The position numbers and the translations under genes were made by a program. Below the pieces are notes generated by a model, which saw only the letters and a program-made list of their open reading frames with translations, was not told where the DNA came from and made no database searches. Below, in pieces: positions 1-12,600 of a DNA stretch of 64,000 nucleotides. This DNA is from Octopus bimaculoides. Taxonomy: Eukaryota. The first letter of the stretch is position 1. Every line of letters begins with the position of its first letter. The stretch covers positions 31,020,781 through 31,084,780 of the forward strand of contig NC_068995.1 of assembly GCF_001194135.2 (NCBI RefSeq), read 5' to 3'.

Positions 1-2342
1 GTTTCACATGGTCTGTAAGTTTACAGGCACACACACACACACACAAGTAAAAAGGTCAAATGCTAACAGGGGAAAGTTTTTATTTTATTTTTTATTTTTT
101 AAAGGAAGAAAGACTAGTGCATGCCTTGTATGGTTCTTTGAATAATGTACTTGAAATAATGACCATCAAGTTGATAATAGTATTATTTCTCTTTGAAAAG
201 TCACCGTTGGTTGCCGATTGTAGATTTGGGTCAAAATTATTTTGGTTGAATTATGTCCCTGGTTTCTGCTAATAGCCATTACTTTATCCCCCACCCCCAC
301 CCACTTCAGCATCATCTGAATGCTGTTATCACTCTCTTCTGTCAGATGTTGGCTTTTTATGATTTGATTTGACAAGAATAATCTTCTGATTTGTATGTCA
401 TAACTATCAGCTCCATGACATGTATGTGTGTATATTTGTGAATAAGTGTGAGTGTGTGTTTATTTGTGGATATGTGTATATGGGTTTGTTTGTAAATGGT
501 GACTGGATGTATGCATATGTTGAATATAGATGTGTAGTTGTGTGGGTGTGTCTGTGTTACTGTGAAAGTATGAGTATTTAAAGAGTGTGTATATGTAACA
601 ATGTACTGCCTGTATGTATGTGTTGTGAGAATATATGGTGTGAGCTGTGACCCTGCATATTTATGTAGAAGCCTGAGTAAACACAGGCTGCACAAATCTA
701 TACACACACACACACACACACACATCCATTACATGTTGGTGCTTGTATCTATAATCTGTATATTCATACATCTGTATTTATGAATATATGTATATATATG
801 TTAGTGCATGTATTAACTTGTATGTACTTATGTCTCTGTGGGTGTATACATATATTTATGATTGTGTGTATATATCTTAATGCTTGTGTCTATAATGACT
901 TGTATGTGCTTACATCTATGTGGGAGTATACATTAATGATTTTGTGTAGATATGTTAGTGCTTGTCCCTATGATGATTTGTATGTGCTTACATCTATGTG
1001 GGTCTATACATATATTTGAGTATGTCCATATATGTTAGTACATGTGTCTATAATTAGTATGTACATACATTTATAAGTATGTTAACTCCTGCGTATATAA
1101 CTAGTGTGTGTATGTGTGTATATATTATACATATATATTCATACATTTATCAGCATGCGTATGTCTATAATAACCTATAAGTATATTCATCTTTGTCTAT
1201 ACATGCTTGTACTCATGCCTATAATAACTGTATAGGTGCACATGCATACATTTGTGTGTATATCTATTCGTGTTTGTGTGTATAATAACCTATTTGTATA
1301 GACACCTATGTAATCAATGTGGCTGTATATACATACATTCGTGTATAAATGTGTGTGTTTGCAGATATACCACTATGTATAGACACTGACACTACTGCAT
1401 TGATATGCAGTTGCTGCACCTTGCTACTATTAGATATTTGTATTTTGTTTCACTGTAGGCTAACCCTGATCCTGTAGACTTATGATCAAAGGTGTTCCAT
1501 CCATGACCACCACCTCTTTTATATTTTGAACCATAATGTCCAACATGTTGTTCTTTTTTAAGATGGTTGGATGTAATATGAGGGAGATTTGCCGAACTGG
1601 GTGTTCTGTGCAAATATATGTAGCTTGTAGCAGCTTCAGAAGCTACAATGGCTTGTCATGTTAAAGCTGTTGAATCTATCTAAAATGCTGTGCATGGTGA
1701 CTTGTCTAGAGATGTGTAGCATGATTTAACTGTTGAAATTGTAATGGCTTGTAAAGCTGTTACATCTGACAAAAAAGGGTGTCTTATTACTGCTAGATAA
1801 ACTTTGAGTGACTCTATTACAATGTGATTGGTTACAAAAGCCAGTCAACGACAAAGCATCAATGAAATGGGAACCTGTCTAGGGGTATTTAGCTTGTGGT
1901 AGCTGCTAAAACTAATGATTTCTAGCTACAAAATAGTTATTTCTGATAAAAATAGTTTAAGATATAGTAGCTCTGTTTTCAATATATTTTGCTTGGTACC
2001 AAAGGTAACGGCATTTTGTCAGGGTAGGACCTGGAAGATAAAATATGTTGTTTCTTTTATATTTAATACACAGCATAGTCCATTTTTGGATTAGTCCATT
2101 CCTTGAATAATGTTGAATTATGTTGTGTTAGTATCAATGAATTTGTCTGTCTGAATCATGGTATAAGCTACAGTTTTCAAAAAGAAATGTAAATGTATCC
2201 ATTTACGCATGCTCACTCATATACTCATGTACCGTCAAGGGAGTTTTTATTAGGTCACACAACCTGAGGCTGTGGAGTCAGTATACACAATCTTTGACCC
2301 TCCCAACTCCTTAATGTGGTTTACTACTGACTCTGACTCTTC

Positions 2343-2640
2343 ATGCAATGTTATTATCAATTCTAATATGCCAGTGGCAGGTTCAAACTCATAAACAAGT
2401 TTGTTGACAAATGGTGTAAATACACTTAAATCAGCTCACGTGCCACCTATCCAGACTGTGAGGTGCAAGCATTTCAGAATGGTTATTTCCTCTTCCGTCA
2501 CAGAAACCAGATGGTGATGCTGCAAGCTGATAGAGACAATCTCTCTTATTTTATTCTAGTCGGTGTATGTCAGCTGGTAGCACTAATCAGTGGAGTTAGA
2601 ACCTGTCACTGGCATATTCAAACTGGTAATAACATTGCAT
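2343..2640. repeat. Inverted repeat, 48-bp arms, approx. 200-nt spacer (MITE-like)
   Basis: Arms 2343-2390 and 2593-2640 differ at 6 of 48 positions. Confidence 0.8.
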
Positions 2641-2952
2641 TTATACACCGCTTAGTGCTCCACCTTTGACTCTTCAGTCTATTGTACCATTCACTCTAAC
2701 TCAATTTATGATACCATTTCTGATTCAAACCCCTTAATTATCGATTCTGATCCCTTCCCTTTCCCTTCACCCTTCCTCACCTCCTGCACCAATAGTGATT
2801 CTTTCTTCGCTACATCACAACTATAAATCTGTTCTTTTCATCATACTTTTATACCCTCTCTATGCCTAAAATTATCACAAACTTTCTCCTAGAGGTAATA
2901 TTTATCCCCACTTAAATGTGGATGCACTGTTAGAACACATTATACTGTGGTA

Positions 2953-3189
2953 GATACCATGAAAATTGTATGGTATCTAGTCTTGAAAATTTGCAAGACA
3001 GCCTCACTCGTGTTGGTGCCACATGAAAAAAAAAAAAAACTACCTGTTATTCTCTGTTAATTGGTTGATACCATACATGAAAATTGTATGGTATCTAGTC
3101 TTGAAAATTGCAAGACAGCCTCACTCATGTTGGTGCCACATGAAAAAAAGAAAAAAAAACTATCTGTTATTCTCTGTTAATTAGTTGAT
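2953..3189. repeat. Tandem duplication of approx. 115-120 bp
   Basis: 2953-3066 and 3067-3189 are near-identical (catgaaaattgtatggtatctagtcttgaaaatt...ctgttattctctgttaatt). Confidence 0.9.
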
Positions 3190-3558
3190 GTTAGAAAGGG
3201 CATCCAACTGGTAGGAATCATGTCAAGACAGACATTGGAGTACAATGTTTCTCCGACTTGTCAGATCCTGTTGAACTGTCTAACCCATGCCATCATGGAG
3301 AGCAGATGTTAAATGATGATAATGACTAATCAAATACAGTATATACGGTCAATGCGAATCAGCTGGCCACATTTTTCACCTTGTAAACCTGTTAAAATTT
3401 GGAGCTCTGTTGGTGTCTGTGTCTTTGATTGTAGATCCACTTGGTCAGGAATAGCTTGGTGCTAAACAACAAATTCTTTGTGCTTTTTGTATTGGGGTGG
3501 GGAAGGAATGTAGTTTCGTTATTCTTCAAATTTCTTCAATTTCTTTCCTTTCCTATAG

Positions 3559-3648
3559 GTTTTTGCATGGCAAGTTGCGGACCAACTTCTGACTGTCAAT
3601 CGAGATCTTGAATCCTGTTATTTTGCTGCTCAAACAATGAGGACAAAG
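3559..3648 (+). CDS. TNPO3: TNPO3 exon ([30 protein letters not shown])
   Basis: cctatag| ... aag|gtttgt; 90 nt, phase 0/0. Confidence 0.93.
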
Positions 3649-6600
3649 GTTTGTGTTTTACGACTTTCTACTGTACCAGTCAAATACTGGGGTCAGTTAT
3701 TTTTTTACTATATTTCCCATCAAAAAGACATTTATGGATTGGTACCATTAATGGTGGATGAAATGATAGTTGAATTTATCGTTCCTATCTACCAGGGGTC
3801 AGTAGAATAACCACTATCCAAGAACTGGGGTCAACTATTCAATGCAATTGTATAAACACAATGGTTCTTGATCTCATCCACACCATGATTTCAGTCACTT
3901 CTCTAACTATATATATATTATGTCACTAAAAGGTGTTCCACATTAGATTCACTGTTCCACATTTCTGATGACTATATTCGCTGGTGTCTTCCATCTTTTC
4001 CTTTAAGGGAATTTTAACTGTAAAACATTTGTGGGATCTTAAATATGAAGAAATGTTTGTGAGAGAGAGACACTCAGGAAGAGAGAGAGAGAGACACTCA
4101 GGAAGAGAGAGTGAGAGACACTCAGGAAGAGAGAGAGAGAGACACTCAGGAAGAGAGAGTGAGAGACACTCAGGAAGAGAGAGAGAGNNNNNNNNNNNNT
4201 GAGAGAGAGACACTCAGGAAGAGAGAGAGAGAGACACTCAGGAAGAGAGAGAGAGAGAGAGACACTCAGGAAGAGAGAGAGAGAGATGTGTCATCAATCA
4301 GGGGAAGTAATGAAGGTATCTCTCTGCAATATAAACATGTGATGGGTTATTGACTATTGGAACAGTGTTGGTCAAAATATCAGCCATTGTTTGTTAGAAC
4401 TATGTAGATATGTCAGAGATGTATATCTAGTCTCATTGTAAGCATAGAAAAGTAGACATTAAAATTATATGTGTGTGTGTACGGCAAGAGAATAGAAAAC
4501 ACTAAGACAAAGTAAAAAAGCAAACTGTATTAGATCTATGCAAACACAGATTGAACCCTTTAGCATTCAGATTACTTTGTCAAATGTAATGCTTATTTAT
4601 TCACATTGTTTTAAATCTATCATTCATTATCTTGTAGCTTCAAGACAATTATGATGTGATTGTTTATTTTTAGATAGTCATTGTACAGTAAATGTGAGAA
4701 GCCAGATCTGTCTGGTCTGAACATGAAACAGGTAGAATATTAGGGCAGGATATGGATGGTTTAAATGCTAAAGGGTTTAATATAACCTGTTGATTTGGTA
4801 TTTTGGTTGGTTTTTACACATTGATATGTTTCTTCTCAAAAGGATAGCTGAACAAATCTTAGATTTGACTATGTCATCTTGTTTTCCCTAGATATTAGAA
4901 AAAGTAAAATATGTTCAGCCACACATACACAAATGCCTGTGTGATCGAGACCCTTGGCAATTTGCTGTGCTTGAGACGACACATCAAGCCAAGTGAAATT
5001 GTAGTCTTGGCCAGTGCTGGTGACATGTAAAGGGCACCTGTGTCGGTGACACGTAAAGGACANNNNNNNNNNTGGTGACACGAAAAAGACATCTGTGCTG
5101 GTGACACGAAAAAGACATCTGTGCTGGTGACACGTAAAAGGCACCTGTGCCAGTGACACATAAAAAGTATGCACTACACTCTTGGAGTGGTTGGCATTTG
5201 GAAGGGCATCCAGTTGTAGAAACCAAGCCAAAACAGACTGGAACTGGCTTACCAGTTCCAGTCAAGCCTTCTACCCCAAAACGGACGCTAAATGAAATGA
5301 TGATGTGTGTGAGTAATGCCTATATTTTATTTTACAGATACAATGTTTCTTTCATGAATTACCAGCATCATCACACACAGTAAGTACACCTTTTATTGGT
5401 TACCTCATCACAACAAGTACCCACTTTACTAGCTACACTATTCATTTTTGTCTCCCCTTCTTGACTCCCTATATGTATTTCAGGACAACTGCTGGTGAAC
5501 CAAGGCATAAATGTTAACCATTTCAAGCTCATATCTTTTATCTTATTTGTTTTAGTCATTGCCTTGAAGAATTTTAGTTGAGTGAATTAACCCCAGTACT
5601 TATGTTTTGTAAAGCATGGTATTCTATCAGTCACTTTTGCCGAACTGCTAAGTTACAGGCACATAAACATACCAATACTGGTTGTTAAGCAGTGGTGGGA
5701 GACAAACATACACACATATATGATGGGCTACTTTCAGCTTCTGTCTACCAAATCCACTCACTAGACTTGGGTTGATCTGAAACTATAGCAGAAAACACTT
5801 GCCCAAAGTAACACACCCGAAACCATGTGGTTGGGAAGCAAACTTCTTACCACACAGCTAAGCGTGCACTTGTATTTCTGACAAATAAATGATTTTAGTT
5901 AATTTGTTCACATCAAGACTATAAATAGGTTTAATCTTTTAGCATTCAGACTACTCTGTCAAATGTAATTCTTATTTATTCACATTATTTTGAATTATCT
6001 TGTAGCTTTAAGATTTCAATGATGTGATTCTTCTAATTCCTGATTGTGCCAAGGAATTATCACCATTTTATGTCACTTGGTTAGAAATAGTGTATATCAC
6101 TAAACAGCAACAACAAACGTTGTTGTTTTTCTATAGCTCCAAGTTATCTCTGATTCAGTAAACTTAAGGTACTCCTGCCATAATCCTATTGTCTTCTTAC
6201 ATGGGCCCTCATAGCCAAATGTATTCCTTATTTCATATGATGTTAGAGTGTGATGTGAATGAGTTTTTTTGTTTTTTTTGTTTTTTTTTTTGCTGCTATT
6301 TCGAGAAGGTTGAAGTGGCTTGTGTTTCAAGATTGATTTTCATTTATATTTCAGTGTTTAAGAGATTCCTTATTAAACCATGCCAGTAAAATAAATCCAG
6401 ACACTGCACCTGTGATAGTAACTCAGGTTGGTATATCTTCCTAACATTGATTGATTGGTTTTACAACTTATTGTTATACACTTAATCATCTTGGTTGTAA
6501 TGTTTGTCTCTTTTTTCCAGTTTTACTTGCATGATTTCAATGCTTAACCCTAACCATCTTGAGGAACTGTCTCCCAGCAGCAGTATCTTACCCTTTACCC

Positions 6601-9600
6601 ATTTGTGGCAGGATAATCTCGCTTCTTTATGAACTATGGTAGTGCGTTCTAAAATGTAATGCCAGTAGAGGTGTATGGCTTAGTGGTTAGGGTGTTGGAC
6701 TCATGATCGTAAAATTGTGATTTCAATTCCTGGACCAAGCAATGTGTTGTGTTTTTGAGCAAAGCACTTCATTTCATGTTGCTACAGTCCCCTCAGATGG
6801 CAAAAATGAGTAATCCTGTGACAGACCAGCATCCCATCCAGCAGGGAGTATATGTCATGGAAACTAGGAAACCAGCCCTATGTGTCTATAATGACTGAGG
6901 TTGTTTATCCTCTTTTCTATCCTAATGACTGATTAACAACTTACTCATTCATCAGGAATTCTCTCTCTCACAGCAATAAGTATGAATGTAAGAATTAATG
7001 TTTTTCGAATGAAGATAAGATGCTAAAATCGGAACAAATGGAGTCTGGTATCTTTTGCAATGGAATATTACCAAAGATTGGGTCTTTGGATTGATTTGTG
7101 CCACATTCCTAACAATGTTTCTTCACAACCTTCCACCACTGAACATCTTTCAGTTTAAAACATCTTTTGTTTTCTTAATTCTGTATTAAAAGGTGCTAAC
7201 TATCTTGAATGATGAAATTCAAGAAACAAAGAAACTATCTCCAAAGAAACTTGTTTTGAGATTTATTGCAGTATATGGTTCTGACATCTTTAATAAGACT
7301 TACATGTAAAGTGTGTGCTATTTGTATGTAGGTGGCTACATTGTGTCCAGTTGTATACCTCTGAGTTGTGTACCTATATTTAAATAGTTTTGATTTATAA
7401 AAATTTATATATAATGTTAAAATGAATATTGTAATATGGATATATTTTGTTAAATTTTAAATGTTTATTTGGATTTAAGATTGTGTAGTGTATAGATTAT
7501 ATAAATAATTAAGTAGGATGAAGGAATTTGGTGAAAGTCAAATTCTCCTGTTTACCAAAAACATGTGCCTGAAATTTTTCATGGAGAGTTGGGTTTCCTC
7601 AGTGATTATATTTAACAGCTGCTGTATTATAACTGTACAAATGTAGCATAACTGGTACACAACCACTTGTGTCCAGTTCACTGTGCCTCCACCCTCCCTT
7701 CCTATCACTACCTCATCTCTTTTTGTCTGCCAGTATACTCTTATTCTTTTTCTTCCACACATCCTGGGGCCTGTTATTGCTCTATCTCTTGGGTCACATA
7801 GACTTCTGTCAGCTCTCTGCCATCTCAGTTACATTGCCTTGAATATACATTCCTATCTCCGAATACTGAGTACTCCTATCACTTCTGCCACTATCACATA
7901 ACCCTCCTACCATTATTATTCATACCTCTATTGCTCACACTTCTTATTCTGTAAAGAGTGAGCAGAGACATGGAATTGTGAGGTCCCTTCAGTCATGATG
8001 AGGATATGGCTGTCTCTCTAATGCCAGTGCCAGGAAAAAGACATCCAATACATCCTGTAAAGTGTGAAGTTGAGAGTACCTTATAGTCTTGTTGAGGGCA
8101 TGATTTATCACTAAATGACCCACCTGTGAGAGCTGACTTGTTCAACCCATACCAGCATGGATAAGAGATGTAAAATGATGAGAACTATACTCACACACGC
8201 AAACTTTAATTTTGAATTTTTTTTTTTACAGTTATCCCTTGCAGTTGCTGATCTTGCATTACAAATGGGAACATGGAAGCGAGCGGTTGTGGATTTGATT
8301 GAGAGGTTGGTATATACTTTCCTATTATTGCTACTACTAGCAATGTCTTCTAGAATCACCTTCACACACAGACATATGTATACAAATACATGTACTCATT
8401 TATCTCCATTTATGGGTGGACTATGTATATATCTAGATACACACATATATATATACACCCACATACACATTTATTTTCAAACATATGTACACTCACACAT
8501 ATGTCTATACATACATCTAACCATATTCAACAACACAGATATGTACATCCATAGCATAGAACATTCATGTATACAAGGATATACAGCACACATGCATACT
8601 CAGACATATAAGGATATACAAAGACATAAACAATTACACCTCTGTTTGTCTTTACACACATAGCAGGCATTAAACCTTTAGCTTTAAGATTTTGATGATG
8701 TGTTTGTGTATGTTAGAACAATATTGTAGAGGTACATGTGAGAGGCTAGGGCTGAACATAAAACAGGTAGAATATTTTGGCCGAGTATGGCTGGTTTAAA
8801 TGCTAAAGTGTTAAGTATATTCCTTTTGCAATTCTAATCTCTGCTCCATCTTAATTACCCTTTTGATTCAGTACTATCAAAATTTGTCTTGTAACTATTC
8901 CCAGGGGATTCTTAACAGACTTCATTTATTATCACATCTTACATTCGTTGGACCACATTATATATATATATGTGTGTGTGTGTGTAATATAAATTAGAGA
9001 TGGAAACAAAATAATAAAATTTAATTGCAGTGTGGGAGGTGTTTATAAGCCATTTAAAAACAAACAAAAACTGTTAGATTCACTTCAACATTTAAATTTA
9101 AATTGTCGAAATATTTTCGTTGCTTTGAAACTTTGACCTGTTCACTGACGGAATTTTGTCAGTAAACAGGTTGCAGTTTCAAAGTGACGAAAATATTTTG
9201 ACAAATTAAATTTAAATGTTGAAGTGAATCTAACAGTTTTTGTGTTTTTAGATGGCTTATAAACACCTTCCATACTGCAAATTGTTTAATAATTAAATAA
9301 TTTAATCATTAAAATGATAAATTCAATTCAATTTTATTATTTCTATATAAACAAATGACAACTCTAGTTATTATCATTAAATAACAGATTTTTTTCCAAA
9401 AATTAAAAATATTGTTTTAAATCCAATGAGGTTTCATCAGACAGACATATCTTGTTAATTATTTTTTGCAAAATATTGTATTTGTCTATGTTCAAATACG
9501 TCACTGGCCACTGAGTTACTTCCCTTAGCTGACTTTTGTTTAATTTATGCAAATAACCTAGACCATAAGTATGTTCTACTATTGTTTTATATAAGCCTAA

Positions 9601-12600
9601 GTCTCTTGGCTACTGAAGGTAATATCAGACAATTGTCATGCAGATGATATCTATAGAACCAGAAACACGTGTCCACATCTGTCCTCGTATCTTCGGACAA
9701 GAAGCCTGTCTTTTTCTTTAATTACGTCAACTTTGAGGAATTCTTGAATCTTGAGATTATCTCCCTTCTCAAGTGGAACCGGTCTTAATTGCCATTTGGT
9801 AATTATGATATATCTACTAGAGTCAGGGATAGTTTTAATGAATAAATAATGTATTTGTTGAGGTTTCACTGTTGTTCACAAGACCATACATTTATCCACA
9901 TCTTTCACCTGGAAATATTACAGGCCAACAAATCAGTCATCATTCTTAAAGTGCTAACTTTATTTAACGACAGTAAACTATAGCAGGTATCTGTTGACTG
10001 AAGAGTGTCATAACCAGAGACACAGGGCAATGCCAGTGACAGGCAATAAACTGGTGACTTCTTGGTTGTTTCATTGATACCTTTTTGATTTTTCTATCTA
10101 TAACTGAATGTTTGGGGATGGGTTTTTTTTTCTTTACTTCAATACTTTCTTCTGTCTTTTAGTTATTTATAGTCATTTTACTTGTCAGAAGTTCAAATCA
10201 AAACCAATACGATGTACTTTTTTTTTGTATGTAATGTCAAATTTGGTTCATCTAAAGGCACAATGTGTGTCTTTGAGGTAATGATGTTTGATGAATGGCC
10301 ACAATAATAATTAAGTAAGGCAGTGAGCTGGCAGAATCATTAGCATGCTTGGCAGCATTTTGTCCATTTTTACGTTCTGAGTTCAAATTCTGCTGAAGTT
10401 GACTTTGCCTTTCATCCATTCGGGGTCAATAGAGTAAGTACCAGCTGAGCACTGGGGTCGATGTAATTGACTTACCCCCTCCCTCAAAATGTGCCAAAAC
10501 TTGAAACCATTAATAATACTAAGTTCAAACTGGAGCAATATGTAATGTTTTTCCTCAGCATCAAAAGGCCTTCAGAGAAAAATTATGTTAGTTATTCTAT
10601 ATCTGTGTGGTGAAAGACCTCTCAAAGACAGTGAAGGGACCATATGTGATCTTGCAATTAAATCTTGTAAGTGAAATTACAAACAAGCTATCTGTAGATG
10701 TTTGTTGAATGAAGTGTACCTGGGTCTGTTGACCAGTTTAGCAGCACCAACAGCCCTTAGGTACTTTTACTATGGTCTTAACTTTTAGACTAAGTCTCTC
10801 ATCTGGGGATCTTTTTGCTACCAGTGTCAGAGGCCCTGCAATAAACAGTTTTAAATGTTGCTCTTCATTAAGCTATAAAAAACAAATGAACTAATTTTCT
10901 AAATTGAGTGATTGATATTTTTGTTATTCAGATATGGACAGAATGCACAACAGCTTCCGTTTCTACTGGAAGTGCTGACAGTATTACCCGAAGAGGTAAG
11001 ATTTTCTTTATTCTTTATTTTACTTTATCAGTGAATACTGTGTCATATTTGTTTAAACCTAACATTGATGTTGGTAAGTTATTGCTAATAATTATAATAA
11101 TAAGAATTCACTTTCTGAAGTGGACAAAGGTCAAGCTGCAGAACTTGGATAGACAAACTAGAAAGCTGTTTGCAATGCACAAAACATACCATCCTAAAGT
11201 GATACTGACAGGTCTCCCCAACCGTCCAAGACAGGAAGGAGGCAGAGGATTACTAAATACAGAAGACACTTAGTACTACAATAGATACTTGGGTGGAAAA
11301 ATTATGTTGTGCAGAGTAAAGAAAGGATACTATCGGCTGCTGGAGATGCCCCCCAAAACTACTGCAATCGTTGGAGAATGCAAGAAGAGAAGAAACAACA
11401 ACACATCAATAAATGAAAAAAACATTGGCTCTGGCTGATAGATGAAAACCTGAAATGAGAGACTGAAGCACTAATTATAGCTGCTCAGGAAATTACCATT
11501 AGGACAAATCTGATGTAGGCAAAGATCAACAAAACTCAGTTCCTATGTTTTTTGGGTGATAGACATAACCTTTTTTGCCAAAAGTGCTGTGGAGTGGAAT
11601 CAAACCCAAAAACTTGTGGTTGGGAAACAAATTTCTTAACCATACAGCCACTCCTGTAAATTATTATAGTTCTTTACTATGTCGTAGTGATGTTTAACTA
11701 GTGTTAATATTTGGTGTAATTAGATTATTATTATTTTATTATACTGATATTTCCATTTGCTTTAATTCTTTCCTACTGTAGATCGGTAGTAAAGCTCTAC
11801 GTCTTGGTGCCAATAGACGGATGGAAGTCTCTTACGATCTGCTCAAAACCTCACCAGTTGTTGTACAACTTCTAGTAAGTATATAATCATTCATAATTAG
11901 TTTTATTCTCTTGTTATTGTCATAAATTAATGTTGTCTAGCAGAGCTAACCTATGATCAAATGTATTATAGCTATAGCCACTAATCTATTTTTGTCAGAC
12001 ATAGTCTATCTTGGATTATATTATCTACTGTGTGCAATTGTTTAGACAGTAAGGTGTCATTTGAGAAAGAGATTTCACTATTTGTAGCAAGTAAAGTAAA
12101 CTTTTGATCCTTGACTGTCTAAATGGAGTCCTTGCCTGTTGAAATATTGAGGCCTGCTGTTTGGTCTGAGGGTAACTCTATTCAGCCAGCTTCAGGATCA
12201 CCTTTCAGTAGCCCACACTTGAAAGCTATCTTGTGTAGTTGCTCCCTTGTTAGTTCATGCTGTGCATCAATTAATTAATGCGTTATATGATGTATAAATG
12301 TGGAAAATGTTGGCTTGTTTAGTTTTTGTAAATAAATTGTGCAAGCAGGTTTTCATTCCTATGTAGTAGGGCTGAAAATTTCACAGGCTTATCATGATAT
12401 TCTCATGGAATGTGACCACATGAGGTTTACATTTCAACAGTCACCATTGCGGTTCACACATTTCTTCCATCGATGTTTGCAGTGCTTGGATCCCATTAGT
12501 GAAAAAGCTTTCATCCTCTTGGTTAAAAAAAAAAAATCATCAACAGAAGATATAACGTCACCATCACTACAGTACTGATTCACAGCCAAGTGTTTTGTTT

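Noticed and set aside
1-20. Possible end of TNPO3 exon 1 (tggtct|gtaagt)
   Set aside because: A good donor-like hexamer, but no frame gives the expected ...LQ(R/K)S ending. Exon 1 is left unassigned.
357-1019. ORFs in TG/CA/GA-rich tracts (also 3926-4353, 8306-8663, 63617-63942)
   Set aside because: Low-complexity microsatellite translations that lack stops for compositional reasons.
6670-6750. Genuine tRNA gene
   Set aside because: It has A/B-box-like motifs but no complete cloverleaf, and it runs into a SINE body. Treated as a tRNA-derived SINE head.
9651-9869. Minus-strand 72-aa ORF faintly like the start of a Gypsy RT (RPVP...VI)
   Set aside because: The similarity is limited to a few residues and no RT motifs follow. 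It cannot be supported.
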